Origin: Polyangiaceae bacterium
Lineage (GTDB): Bacteria; Myxococcota_A; Polyangia; Polyangiales; Polyangiaceae
Length of the DNA: 64,000 nt
Direction: 5' to 3'
Assembly (NCBI GenBank): GCA_033763455.1
Contig: JANRKO010000028.1
Location: forward strand, 64,001-128,000
Within the stretch, counting starts at the first letter, position 1; every line of letters begins with the position of its first letter. This document shows, piece after piece, positions 49,499-59,040 of this stretch. The notes beneath the pieces are model-generated. The model was not told where the DNA came from. It made no database searches and saw only the letters and a program-made list of their open reading frames with translations. Made by a program: the position numbers and the translations under genes.

Positions 49499-50367
49499 GC
49501 TTTCGGTATTTCAGACCGTGGATGACTCCACACGCTGTCATTCTTTGCGCCGCCGCGTGGGCGTGTGCCGGCACAACGAGCAAGGAGCAAGCACTCACGG
49601 CGTCCGAACGCTTGGCAAGCGCTGAGTTCGCTTCCTCCGGCAGCGTGCAGGCGCAACCTGAGATGAATGGGGCACGTGAGCCCGCGGACATTCGTGAGGC
49701 CTTTTCAGAGTTGCCTGTTCCCGGGTTTTTGAACGCCGTCTTCTATACTCCCCCGGGTAGCGGTGTGCACCCGCTGGTGGTTGCCAGCCACGGCGCCGGT
49801 GGGGCACCGCGTGATGAATGCGAATACTGGTTGAAGCTTACGCGCCAGCAAGCCTTCCTGCTTTGCTTGCGTGGAGTCCCATTTGGCAAAGCCCACCCGA
49901 CGGCATTCTTTTACCGAAACCATCTCGAGTTAGGCCGGGAACTCAAGGCGGCGCTGGAAGCGGCAAAGGCCCGCCAGGGACGGAGATTTGCTCAGAAGTC
50001 CGGGATTTATGCCGGATTTTCGCAAGGCGCGATCATGGCTGTCGGAATGATCCCGCCCTTCGGTAGTGACCTGCCGTACCTGGTTCTGATCGAAGGCGGG
50101 TACCAATATTGGAGTGTGGCGCACGCACGGCAGTTCGCAAAAGCAGGCGGCAAGCGTGTGCTCATTGCATGTGGCACGGAGGTTTGTGCGAAGCGCGGGG
50201 CCGAAGCTGTGGTGTGGTTGAGGCAGGGAGGGCTGGAGGCGCGCATGGCATACGCTGAGGGTGCAGGGCACACTCCATTCGGCCAAGTCGAAGAGGAAGT
50301 GGCCCGTGCGCTGCCCTGGGTGGTGAACGGAGCCGGGTGGTCGGGGCACGCTTTCACACGTCCTTAG
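49495..50367 (+). CDS. Exported alpha/beta hydrolase
   Basis: Lipoprotein-like leader, HGAGG, nucleophile elbow GFSQG, GAGH; ATGA overlap. Confidence 0.75.
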   Translation: MSFRYFRPWMTPHAVILCAAAWACAGTTSKEQALTASERLASAEFASSGSVQAQPEMNGAREPADIREAFSELPVPGFLNAVFYTPPGSGVHPLVVASHGAGGAPRDECEYWLKLTRQQAFLLCLRGVPFGKAHPTAFFYRNHLELGRELKAALEAAKARQGRRFAQKSGIYAGFSQGAIMAVGMIPPFGSDLPYLVLIEGGYQYWSVAHARQFAKAGGKRVLIACGTEVCAKRGAEAVVWLRQGGLEARMAYAEGAGHTPFGQVEEEVARALPWVVNGAGWSGHAFTRP

Positions 50368-50441
50368 CCAGCGAGGTCATCTGCCTCGCGCTCGGGGCGT
50401 GGTGCTTGGGAAGGCATGCGCATGGTGGCGCAACACTGTGC

Positions 50442-50457
50442 TGGCGCAAAACATGCA
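50442..50457 (+). promoter_or_regulatory. sigma54 promoter-like motif, leaderless geometry
   Basis: TGGCGCAAAACATGCA; ATG 50470 begins 14 nt after the -12 C. Confidence 0.55.
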
Positions 50458-50469
50458 TAAGTTCTTGGC

Positions 50470-51570
50470 ATGGAAGCTATGCATAACACTAAAGTCAGGT
50501 ATGCAGTTGTCGGGGCCGGGAACATCGCACAAGTTGCGGTGTTGCCCGCCTTCGCGCATGCGGAGGAAAACTCGGAGTTGGTTGCGCTGATTTCGAGCGA
50601 TGCCAACAAGCGCGATGAGCTTTGTGAGAAGTACAACCTTCAGCTAGCGGGCGATTACACACAGCTCGAAAAGGTTTTCGAGAAGGGAAAGATTGACGCG
50701 GTGTATATTGCCACACCCAATACGCTCCACAGGGAGCACACCCTCCGAGCGGCGGCGCGGGGTGTGCACGTGCTTTGCGAGAAACCGCTCGCGCCGACTG
50801 TGGCCGCCTGCGATGCGATGGCGAGAGCGTGCTCCAAGAACGGCGTGAAGCTGATGGTCGCTTATCGCCTCCATTTCGAGGAGGCGACACTGACGGCACT
50901 GAACTTGATTCACCAAGGAAAAATAGGCGAAGTTCGTGTTTTCGATTCCGTCTTCAGCCACGTGGTTCGCCCCGGGGACATTCGCTTACGCCCAGAAACC
51001 GGAGGCGGCGCCTGCCTGGACCTCGGTGTCTACTGCATCAATGCTGCGCGCCACGTTTTTCACGAGGAGCCGATTTGGGTATCAGCTGTAACCCACGAAA
51101 AGGATGGGGTCGATGACACCACGACGGCAGTTATGCGTTTCCCGAACGGTGGTGTGGCGCAATTTACCGTGAGCAACAGCTTGGCCTCCACCTCAAGCTA
51201 CCGAGTTCTCGGCACCCAGGGGGATTTGCGATTGGAGCCCGCTTATGAGTACGCCGAAGGCTTGGAGCAATACCTTACAACCAACGAGAAGACTCGGCAC
51301 ACATCCTTCGCGAGTCGCGATCAGTTCGCGCCGCAGCTGATTCATTTCTCAGACGCTATCTTAAATGGTACCGAACCCAGGCCTTCTGCCGCTGAGGGTC
51401 TCGCTGATATTCGGGTCGTCGAGGCAATCCTTGAATCGGCTAAGTTGGGCAGGCCCGTCGAGCTTCCGCTACGCAAGCCGCGGTATCAGCCGAGTCAAGA
51501 TCAAGAAATGAGGAAGCCGGCCACAAAGAAACAAGAGCCCATAAGTGCTCCATCCCCCAGCCTGAAATAG
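50470..51570 (+). CDS. Gfo/Idh/MocA family oxidoreductase (glucose-fructose oxidoreductase-like)
   Basis: VVGAG.IA, DAVYIATPN..H, HVLCEKP, AYRLHF, GGG...DLGVYC. Confidence 0.92.
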   Translation: MEAMHNTKVRYAVVGAGNIAQVAVLPAFAHAEENSELVALISSDANKRDELCEKYNLQLAGDYTQLEKVFEKGKIDAVYIATPNTLHREHTLRAAARGVHVLCEKPLAPTVAACDAMARACSKNGVKLMVAYRLHFEEATLTALNLIHQGKIGEVRVFDSVFSHVVRPGDIRLRPETGGGACLDLGVYCINAARHVFHEEPIWVSAVTHEKDGVDDTTTAVMRFPNGGVAQFTVSNSLASTSSYRVLGTQGDLRLEPAYEYAEGLEQYLTTNEKTRHTSFASRDQFAPQLIHFSDAILNGTEPRPSAAEGLADIRVVEAILESAKLGRPVELPLRKPRYQPSQDQEMRKPATKKQEPISAPSPSLK

Positions 51571-51573
51571 CAT

Positions 51574-51753
51574 TCAGCCTGCTCCCTTAGATTGGTCGCT
51601 ACGCCCACACGTGCACTCCTCCGGTGGTGCCCGATGGACGGCACACGTGGGCTCGTGGATCCCTTCGCGCACACAAGCTTCGCACGCGCAATTGAATGCA
51701 GCGTCGTCAGAGTTGGGTTTAACAGGATCGGGCTTCGGTGAGTTGGTTGCCAT
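51574..51753 (-). CDS. Small Cys/His-rich protein (59 aa)
   Basis: CACEAC....IHEPTCAVH.....CTC; fills the gap convergent to the gfo-like gene. Confidence 0.45.
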   Translation of the reverse strand: MATNSPKPDPVKPNSDDAAFNCACEACVREGIHEPTCAVHRAPPEECTCGRSDQSKGAG

Positions 51754-52414
51754 GGGTTCGTGCCGGTTGGAGGACTGTGAGTCACCGAGCGTCGCGAGGG
51801 CTCGTAAGTAACCCATTGGCCGCACGCGACGACGAACTGAAGTACAAGACCGCGCCGACCACCACGCCAGTTATCAAAACCAAGCAGCAGATCCAAATGG
51901 CGCTTTGCAAACCATCGCTCGCCGCGCGCCGCATTTTTCCACGCTCCTCGGCCTCAGCCTGAGTGGGGTGCGGATGAGCAGGACTCGGCTTAAGAGCATC
52001 CTGCGCCGGTGCCGACGGGCGAAGATCGGAAATGTTGGGCATGCAACGCAAGATGCACGTTGTATGCCTGTAGCTATGCGCTGTGCGCCCCGGGCCGAGT
52101 GATTGCCAATGCGGGCGACTAGGGAAGGGCAGTGCGAGACGTGTTCACGGAGTCATAGCGTTAATCTAGAAGTGGTGGATTTTGAACTTCGCTACCTCTA
52201 CCATGGTGAAGGGATGCCACGCGCGTGACAAAACGCCACAGGGCGTGGAGCCGAAGCCACCCGTACGGAGTGACACTGGTCGATCACGGGCAACAGCTCA
52301 CGGGCAACCACGCACCGTCACGGCGCACCGATAAAGTGATGATCTGGGAGGCCTCCAATTAACTTGGAGGTAGGAATTGTGGGCCGGCGTAATGCGGCGG
52401 ACCGCACGTGATGA

Positions 52415-52430
52415 TGGTTCGAGATTTGCA
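52415..52430 (+). promoter_or_regulatory. sigma54 promoter-like motif
   Basis: TGGTTCGAGATTTGCA upstream of the small ferritin-like gene. Confidence 0.55.
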
Positions 52431-52460
52431 CAGCGGAGCCACTCGTAACCCTCCATCAGA

Positions 52461-52817
52461 ATGGACACCCCTATAATGACCAATCAATCTCAGACAGAAC
52501 GCAAGGCAGGACGCGCAACCGAAAAATCCACCAAGTCGAAACAAAGGAACGGCTCACAGAATGCCGCTCTTGGCGAAGCGAATACCAGCGATGGCGTGTA
52601 CGGCCTCATAAGTATTTTATACCACGCTCTCCAAGGTGCTGACACTTACGCGGAGTATGTGGAAGACGCAGAAGAAAGCGGAGACGAAGAGCTTATCACT
52701 TTTTTCGAGGCCTGTCGGGACGAGGAACAGGAACGCGCGGAGCAAGCCAAGAGCTTGCTCGCCACGCGCCTTCGGGGAGACATGGATGGCCTCGCCCAAG
52801 AAGAAGAAGAAGGGTGA
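52461..52817 (+). CDS. Small acidic ferritin-like helical stress protein
   Basis: Y.LISILYHALQGA.TY..Y..DAE..GDEEL..FF.....E...RAE.AK.LL. Confidence 0.75.
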   Translation: MDTPIMTNQSQTERKAGRATEKSTKSKQRNGSQNAALGEANTSDGVYGLISILYHALQGADTYAEYVEDAEESGDEELITFFEACRDEEQERAEQAKSLLATRLRGDMDGLAQEEEEG

Positions 52818-52862
52818 GGGGCCCGAGCGAAGGGAAGTGCGAGTTTAAACGAACGAGCGCGG

Positions 52863-55376
52863 CTAGCCGTTCGGAGGAGGCATTCGCCCGGCTAGCTGCG
52901 CGATCACCGCAACTAAGTGTTTCGGGTCCATCGGCTTGGTCATATGCATCTGAAAGCCCGCCCCAAGGGCACGCCTTCGATCTTCAGCGCGAGCATAGGC
53001 GGTGAGAGCGAGTGCGGGAATGCCGCTTAGCATGGCGTCATCCAGAGCTCGCACCTTGCGCATTAAAGTGTAGCCGTCTTCGCCGGGCATTCCGATATCG
53101 CTCACCAGAACATCGAAATTCCCAGTCTCAAGCTCGGCTAAACCTTGACTTGCGGAGACCGCCTCCACAGCAATGGCTCCTGAGTTGCGCAAGATGAGCG
53201 CTAGCAGTTCGCGGGCGTCGGCTTCGTCGTCGACCACTAGTATTCGAAGGCCGTCGAGGGCGCGCGGCACCAAACTTACCTCATGTTTGAGGTCTGTTAC
53301 GGGTTCGGGTTCGGGGATCTCGTGGAGTCGGGGCACGCCAGTCGCTCGGATGGGGAGCAGCACCATAAAGGCAGAGCCCTTGCCTTCTCCCGCGCTTGAT
53401 GCGTCGACCGTGCCACCATGCAGCTCGACCAAATGCCGCACAATGGCGAGCCCCAGGCCGAGGCCTCCGTACCTGCGATCGGCGCCGGAGTCAGCCTGGC
53501 GGAAGCGCTCGAACACCGACGGCAGAAACTCTGCCGAGATGCCCTTTCCGGTATCTTCTACGCTGATCACCAATTGAGAATCTCGGCGGCTGGCTCTCAA
53601 CGTCACCGTGCCGCCGCGAGGCGTGAACTTGACGGCGTTCGACAACAGATTCCAAACTACCTGCTGCAGGCGATCTGCATCACCCACGATCCGGCCTGCT
53701 TCTCCGCTCACCTCAAACACGAGCTCAACTCCTTTTGATTGGGCCGCCGGGCTCACGGTTTCGAGCGCTGCCTCCAGGACCAGCCGAACATCGAATGTGT
53801 CGGCACGAATGCGCACTTTACCGGCAATGATGCTCGATACATCTAGAATGTCATCGATGAGCTGTGATTGCGCTTTGGCATTGCGCTCGATGATTGTAAG
53901 CCCTTTCTTCAGTTGCTCAGGGTTGACGCTTTGCTGGCTCAAGATGCTGGCCCACCCCATCATGGCTTGCAGAGGGGTGCGCAGCTCGTGGCTCACCGTG
54001 GCAAGGAACTCGTCTTTTAGACGGTTGAGCCGCTCGGCATCCCGCCGGGCGTGTTTCTCGCGCTGCAAGAGCTGAGCTCGTTCGGCATCGATTTCGCGTT
54101 TGCGAGTGATTTCCTCGCACAGCGCTCCGACTCCCAGCCAACGCGCTCCGCTCCGTACTGGATAGTAAGTCACCTTCCACCAGCGCTCCACGCCAGGTTG
54201 AGCAGGCGTCGTCCGACTAAGCTCGCCTTCGATGGCCTCTCCGAGTGCGACTACGTGGTGGAAGTTGTCGTTTACGGGCCGCCCGGCGAGCTCAAGCACC
54301 TCAGCCACGGATTTTCCGATGTGTTCCTCTTTGGAGATACCGTTGATTTCTGCAAACGTCGCGTTCAAACGTACGAAGCGGAGTTGCATGTCGCAGAATC
54401 CTATTCCGATGGGCGCCTGCTCAAGTAGCGTATCGAGCAGCACCAGGGACTCCTCATGTTCGCGCCCGAGCCGGTCGCTTTCCTCCTTCGCTGCCTTGAT
54501 CCTAGCTTCGGTTTCTCGCCTGTCGTGAATATCGGTGTTGGTGCCAAACCAGCGAACAACCTGGCCCTCGCGATTTCGCACCGGGCGAACACGGGTCAAA
54601 AACCAGCGAAATTCGCCGTCCGCGCCCCGTAACGGAAACTCCATTTCGAATGGCTCTCCAGAGACCAACGAATGCTTCCAGTGCTCCAACACTGTGGGCA
54701 AGAGCTCCTCGTCGTGGATGCTTTCCCAGCCCCAACCTTCCATCGTTTCGAAAGTGGATCCTGTGTACTCGTACCAGCGGCGATTGTAGAAGTCGATATG
54801 CCCATCCGCCCGAGCGGACCAAGCCAAGTCTGGCAGGTTTTCCACGAAGTTAATCAGGGTGTAGTCGCTCGTTTCAGCACGCTCGGTGGATTCTCGCACC
54901 CTCTGGGAAAGGTTCGACTGTTCGGCGAGTTGCAGGCGGGTGAATTCTGTGACGGCCTCGGCAATGCCGGAATTTATGCAGTTCGAAAGTAGGTCAAATT
55001 CTCGAATAGAGAGTGGGAGAGAGGCGGACTCTGCTTCGTCGAGTAGGGCGCTCCTTAGGAGCCCGTATTCGCGGATGACAGCCGAAAGATCAAAGCCGTG
55101 CTCGAAGCGCTGCTCTCCATGTTCTCGCGCTGTGGCGAGCTGCTCCTCCGGCATTGAGCCTGCGGCTCGAAGGAGGGCATCGGCAAGCTCTTCAAGAAAC
55201 AACGGAAGGCTGTCGATCAGTACGGACTTGGGCGTATTTTCAGGCGGAAGATCGGTGAGCCTGAGCTTGGCGAGGAATCTGTCGATAATAGCCTTCCCCC
55301 GCTCACGGAGGAGCCCAACGAGAGCGATGGTGATCATCGGATCTTTGTTACGCCCCAGGTCGTTGGCGTGAGGCAC
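52863..55376 (-). CDS. Hybrid sensor kinase (RsbRD_N-like, PAS x2, HisKA, HATPase, REC)
   Basis: EHGEQRF..GF, PAS YN.RWYEYTG, SHELRTPL, NLLSNAVKFT, GLGLGL, REC VDD / SDIGMP / KP; start may be about 55337. Confidence 0.92.
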   Translation of the reverse strand: MPHANDLGRNKDPMITIALVGLLRERGKAIIDRFLAKLRLTDLPPENTPKSVLIDSLPLFLEELADALLRAAGSMPEEQLATAREHGEQRFEHGFDLSAVIREYGLLRSALLDEAESASLPLSIREFDLLSNCINSGIAEAVTEFTRLQLAEQSNLSQRVRESTERAETSDYTLINFVENLPDLAWSARADGHIDFYNRRWYEYTGSTFETMEGWGWESIHDEELLPTVLEHWKHSLVSGEPFEMEFPLRGADGEFRWFLTRVRPVRNREGQVVRWFGTNTDIHDRRETEARIKAAKEESDRLGREHEESLVLLDTLLEQAPIGIGFCDMQLRFVRLNATFAEINGISKEEHIGKSVAEVLELAGRPVNDNFHHVVALGEAIEGELSRTTPAQPGVERWWKVTYYPVRSGARWLGVGALCEEITRKREIDAERAQLLQREKHARRDAERLNRLKDEFLATVSHELRTPLQAMMGWASILSQQSVNPEQLKKGLTIIERNAKAQSQLIDDILDVSSIIAGKVRIRADTFDVRLVLEAALETVSPAAQSKGVELVFEVSGEAGRIVGDADRLQQVVWNLLSNAVKFTPRGGTVTLRASRRDSQLVISVEDTGKGISAEFLPSVFERFRQADSGADRRYGGLGLGLAIVRHLVELHGGTVDASSAGEGKGSAFMVLLPIRATGVPRLHEIPEPEPVTDLKHEVSLVPRALDGLRILVVDDEADARELLALILRNSGAIAVEAVSASQGLAELETGNFDVLVSDIGMPGEDGYTLMRKVRALDDAMLSGIPALALTAYARAEDRRRALGAGFQMHMTKPMDPKHLVAVIAQLAGRMPPPNG

Positions 55377-55512
55377 GTTAGCGGCGACCTCGACCTATCG
55401 AGGTGTCGTGCTGTGGGTGTCTTTTCATCTCGGGCAAGCATACCCACCGCGCGTGGAGTTGAGAGCACTCACTTGGGCGGTTGCCTCAAATTGATCGAGC
55501 ACTGCTGTGGCA

Positions 55513-56451
55513 TTACGCCTCGCTGCGGCTACTTTGCCTCACCCCTTCTGGGGCAGTGCGGCTCGATAGCTCGCGAACATAGCGTTCGAAAGTGCGCGCA
55601 CCCGCGCTCAAGCGCATCAGCGCGCCTTCTGCGATAGGTATGGCTAGGCGAGGCTCATGGGCAATCAGAGGTCGAATTACTTCGCTGTTCCAGGCGGCGG
55701 AGTGCCGTGTGTCGAGGGTCGCGTGCAAGGCAAAATAGCGACGTGCTTCGCCGCTTACCCCCAGCCGCTTCAAGCCAGCATTTACGAGCGCGGCCCGCCC
55801 GGGAGCCGTTAACTCGATGATACCTAATGCCCCAATTGACTGGTAAGTGTAGTGGCGATGCTTGGCAAGCGCTAACATCAAGTTGGAAAGCGCGAGGCTC
55901 TCCCAAACGGGTTCCACACCATCTGCCGGAAGGCCAAGCTCGCGTGCGAGCGTAACGAGCATCCCACCGTGGGTTGCCTCGGCGTGGCCTTGCCCCATCT
56001 CATCCCAGTAGTTTCGCGCCAGCTCCAGCTTAGCGCGTGGCGGAAGCTTAACCTGGGTGAGAGCGACAAGATCATCAAACCCTGCCTCCCCGGCCACCTC
56101 TTGCGTGAGAAACCACTTCATCTCCGAGAGAGTGGCTGCCTCGGCTAGCCAGGGGAATAACGGATGCCCTTGCCCCGGGCCGTTCTGTGCGAGCGCCTCG
56201 AACCAAGCCAGGAATGCATCCGGCGCTTGCGGAATGCTGCGCGCATGTTCGGCAATGTCGGCACGCTCCTCCTCCACGAAATGGCACTCGATGAGGCCCA
56301 TGCTAGCTTGCTTTAGGACCTTCTCCTCCCACTTCGGTGCGTGGGCGAGCGGTGCCAAGCACTCTTTATTGAATTCAGCGAGTCGCATGTGGAGCGAGAA
56401 GCTCGATTCATGCTGCACAGCCGGGGCCAAGAAGCTCAAGTGGTGATGCAT
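55513..56451 (-). CDS. Heme-oxygenase-like iron-containing redox enzyme (HDO superfamily)
   Basis: QE..GEAGFDDLVA, NYWDEMG.G...TH, LG.IELTAP, YF.LHATLD..H metal-ligand pattern. Confidence 0.85.
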   Translation of the reverse strand: MHHHLSFLAPAVQHESSFSLHMRLAEFNKECLAPLAHAPKWEEKVLKQASMGLIECHFVEEERADIAEHARSIPQAPDAFLAWFEALAQNGPGQGHPLFPWLAEAATLSEMKWFLTQEVAGEAGFDDLVALTQVKLPPRAKLELARNYWDEMGQGHAEATHGGMLVTLARELGLPADGVEPVWESLALSNLMLALAKHRHYTYQSIGALGIIELTAPGRAALVNAGLKRLGVSGEARRYFALHATLDTRHSAAWNSEVIRPLIAHEPRLAIPIAEGALMRLSAGARTFERYVRELSSRTAPEGVRQSSRSEA

Positions 56452-56494
56452 GCTAGAAGCGGTGCAACATTAAGGCCAAAGTGGTGGAGCATGC

Positions 56495-57427
56495 TCAAGC
56501 CGGCATACGTGCGTAGAGGCCCACTGCGGCAAAGCGCTCCACGGGGGCGTTCTCTGCGCGTTCAAGCTCTTCTCCGAAGACGTCTGGATCCAACTCTTGG
56601 TAGTCAAGCGTACAGCCCCGTTCTTCCAGCAAGGGGCGCACACTTCCGAGAAAGTAGTCCTTTCCCTCAATGATGGGCGCCCCCGTGTAGAGCAACAGGC
56701 TACCACCTGGCTCCAGGCGCGTGAGCGCTTCCTTGACGATGCGCACTCCAATTTCTTCGCCGTAGGTACCGCGACCATCGCGGTATTGGCGGGCGAGGGG
56801 ATCGCGAAGGTAGGGCGGATTGGCAACGATAACGTCGAAGGTGCCGTGCACTGAGTCAAAAATGTTACTCCGCACTAGGCCCACCTTGGCACTCAGAGGC
56901 GGCTCTGAAAGGGCCGTGTTTACCTCGGCAAACCACAACGCGCGCTCATTGATATCACACATCACGACGGCGTCGGTGCGGTGCGCCACCCAGAGCCCAC
57001 CCGCTCCGCTCCCGCAGCCGACATCCAAGAGTCGACGGCAGCGCGGCACGAGGCGGCCCAAGAACGAACAAAAGCGGTAGGTATCCGGTCCGAAAAACAC
57101 CGAATCAGCGGTTTCGGTGGGCCACGAGGAGTGCGCATAGAGCTGCCCACCCAAGCTTGCGAATCGGATATCAGATCGGTAGCGCCCCTTTTTCACCTGT
57201 ACCGCGTGGGCATTCTCCAAAAGGTTCACAAACGGTTGAGGCAATATTTCAGGCGCAAACCACATGTTCCACCCGAAGACGTCTCGTAAGGTTTGGGCGA
57301 GCCCAGTGTCTCCCCCGCGGCGCTCCCACACTCGCCGATGGGTTTCGGGAGTGGTAGTTATGAATTGATAACCCGAAGCGCGCAAGGCCCGGCCCAGCTC
57401 CAGCAGTGCTCGCGAACGCGCATCCAT
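56495..57427 (-). CDS. HemK-like class I SAM methyltransferase (NPPY motif)
   Basis: Y.F.TTTP.TH, VFFGPDTYRF, DVGCGSGAG, ANPPY, ELDPDVFGEEL. Confidence 0.88.
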   Translation of the reverse strand: MDARSRALLELGRALRASGYQFITTTPETHRRVWERRGGDTGLAQTLRDVFGWNMWFAPEILPQPFVNLLENAHAVQVKKGRYRSDIRFASLGGQLYAHSSWPTETADSVFFGPDTYRFCSFLGRLVPRCRRLLDVGCGSGAGGLWVAHRTDAVVMCDINERALWFAEVNTALSEPPLSAKVGLVRSNIFDSVHGTFDVIVANPPYLRDPLARQYRDGRGTYGEEIGVRIVKEALTRLEPGGSLLLYTGAPIIEGKDYFLGSVRPLLEERGCTLDYQELDPDVFGEELERAENAPVERFAAVGLYARMPA

Positions 57428-57431
57428 CCTA

Positions 57432-57710
57432 TTAGCCTTTTGTCGAAACGCGATTGTTCGACCGCGCGTGCGTAATGGCGATCCAGGCGCCGGCTACGCC
57501 TGACAGGAGGAGGAGCCCGTTGGTGATGGTGAAAATCCAGTTTCCGAGTAGGGCGCTGTAAAGGGTGAATCCCAAGGATGCGGCGGTTTGGCCGACGAAG
57601 AGCCATTTGGTCACACCTGCGTGGGCAGGATCGCGCCACTGCTTTCGAACCTGCGCCAGGATAGTTACAAGGAGAATCACCGAGCTCGACCAACCAAGTA
57701 CATCGACCAC
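57432..57710 (-). CDS. Small PQ-loop/SemiSWEET-like three-helix membrane protein
   Basis: LGW.SS.ILL.T...QV.KQW.....GV..WLF.GQ..AS.GF..YS....NW.F. Confidence 0.8.
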   Translation of the reverse strand: MVDVLGWSSSVILLVTILAQVRKQWRDPAHAGVTKWLFVGQTAASLGFTLYSALLGNWIFTITNGLLLLSGVAGAWIAITHARSNNRVSTKG

Positions 57711-57721
57711 CGCGCGTCTTC

Positions 57722-57737
57722 AGCAATTGCCGTGCCG
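57722..57737 (-). promoter_or_regulatory. sigma54 promoter-like motif, leaderless geometry
   Basis: CGGCACGGCAATTGCT, near consensus; GTG 57710 begins 13 nt after the -12 C. Confidence 0.7.
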
Positions 57738-57751
57738 TGCAGCCGACGGCA

Positions 57752-57767
57752 CGGCACGTGCAGTGCT
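57752..57767 (+). promoter_or_regulatory. sigma54 promoter-like motif (divergent partner)
   Basis: CGGCACGTGCAGTGCT upstream of the kinase-REC gene. Confidence 0.6.
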
Positions 57768-57773
57768 AGATGG

Positions 57774-59003
57774 GTGTTTCCTCCCGCGCTTGGCACCTAT
57801 ATTGGCGAGAATTACCGCATTGTCGCCGAGCTGGGGCACGGAGCCATGGGGATTGTGTATGCGGCGCTGGACGAAGCGTTGGAGCGCAAGGTCGCCATCA
57901 AGCTGGTCCGGCCGGCATTCAACGCTGAGAATTTCCGCGAGATGTTTCGACGCGAAGCCCGCGCGCTCGCTCTTGTTGGGCACCCGAATGTGGTCGGAAT
58001 CCATGCTTTCGGAGAGCACGAAGGAGCTCCCTTTATCGTGATGGAGCTTATCGAAGGTGAGAGCCTGGATCGGTGGCAAGTCCGGCAAACTCCCCACCCC
58101 AACCTGGATGCCGCGCTTCACATTCTGGACCAAGTGTGTCTCGGAGTGGGCGCCATCCATGCGGCCTCAACGATTCATCGTGACATCAAGCCTAGCAATA
58201 TCCTGCTGGATCACGATCTTGGGGTGCACGTCTCGGACTTTGGACTCGCTGTGCCTTCTGTTGATGGCGAGTACATGAACGAAGTGGCGGGCACTCCAGG
58301 CTACATTGCGCCGGAAGTTAACTTCGGAAAAGTAAATGAAAGTGCCGCGACGGTCCAAAGTGACGTCTACTCCCTCGGATGCGTAGCGTACGAGCTCCTC
58401 ACAGGGATCCCGCCTTTTTCAGCCGATCACGTCTTTGCCCTCGCCGTCGCACACGCTTTGACACCCGTTCCCACGCCCACGAGCATCCGTCAGGACTTGC
58501 CACCCGCATTTGATGCGGTGCTTGAGCGCGCACTAGCCAAAGACCCCAAAGAACGCACCCCCAGCGTGGAGGCGCTCCGACGCGAGCTTCTACAAGCTCG
58601 AACAAATAGTCTGGACCCCGTACGCATACTGGTGGGCGAGGACGATGCTGACTTTCGTGAGCTCCTTTCCGTAGTCTTGGAGAAGGAATTTCCAAGTGCT
58701 GAAGTGGAGTGCGTTGCTGACGGGTGGAACGTATTACAAGCGTACGATCGCAAGCCAGCATCGGTTCTGATTGTGGATTTGCAAATGCCGATGCTCGATG
58801 GCATGGCCGTGACGGAGCGGGTGCGCAAACGGACGAACGCGCAGTCTGTCGCGATTATTGTGCTCACCGGCGCGGGTGGGCCGCGCGAATGGCAGCTCTT
58901 GGCGGCGCTCGGCGCGGATCGGTTTTTGGTAAAGCCCGTGAACATGGACGACCTGGTCAGCACCATCCGTCGCGCGGCGCACGAACGCGCCACCTCACGC
59001 TAG
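57774..59003 (+). CDS. Ser/Thr kinase fused to a C-terminal receiver (REC) domain
   Basis: GHGAMGIV, VAIK, HRDIKPSN, DFG, APE; REC EDD, VDLQMP, LTG, KP; start uncertain. Confidence 0.9.
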   Translation: MFPPALGTYIGENYRIVAELGHGAMGIVYAALDEALERKVAIKLVRPAFNAENFREMFRREARALALVGHPNVVGIHAFGEHEGAPFIVMELIEGESLDRWQVRQTPHPNLDAALHILDQVCLGVGAIHAASTIHRDIKPSNILLDHDLGVHVSDFGLAVPSVDGEYMNEVAGTPGYIAPEVNFGKVNESAATVQSDVYSLGCVAYELLTGIPPFSADHVFALAVAHALTPVPTPTSIRQDLPPAFDAVLERALAKDPKERTPSVEALRRELLQARTNSLDPVRILVGEDDADFRELLSVVLEKEFPSAEVECVADGWNVLQAYDRKPASVLIVDLQMPMLDGMAVTERVRKRTNAQSVAIIVLTGAGGPREWQLLAALGADRFLVKPVNMDDLVSTIRRAAHERATSR

Positions 59004-59040
59004 GCCAGGAATGCGAACAGCTAGCCGGCCCCCCTTAGCT

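Noticed and set aside
51782..52051. Possible small single-TM protein (WICCLVLITGVVVGAVLYF)
   Set aside because: Plausible, but there is no clear start or motif to support a call
52100..52410. Intergenic gap as a possible sRNA or riboswitch
   Set aside because: No recognisable consensus or terminator by eye
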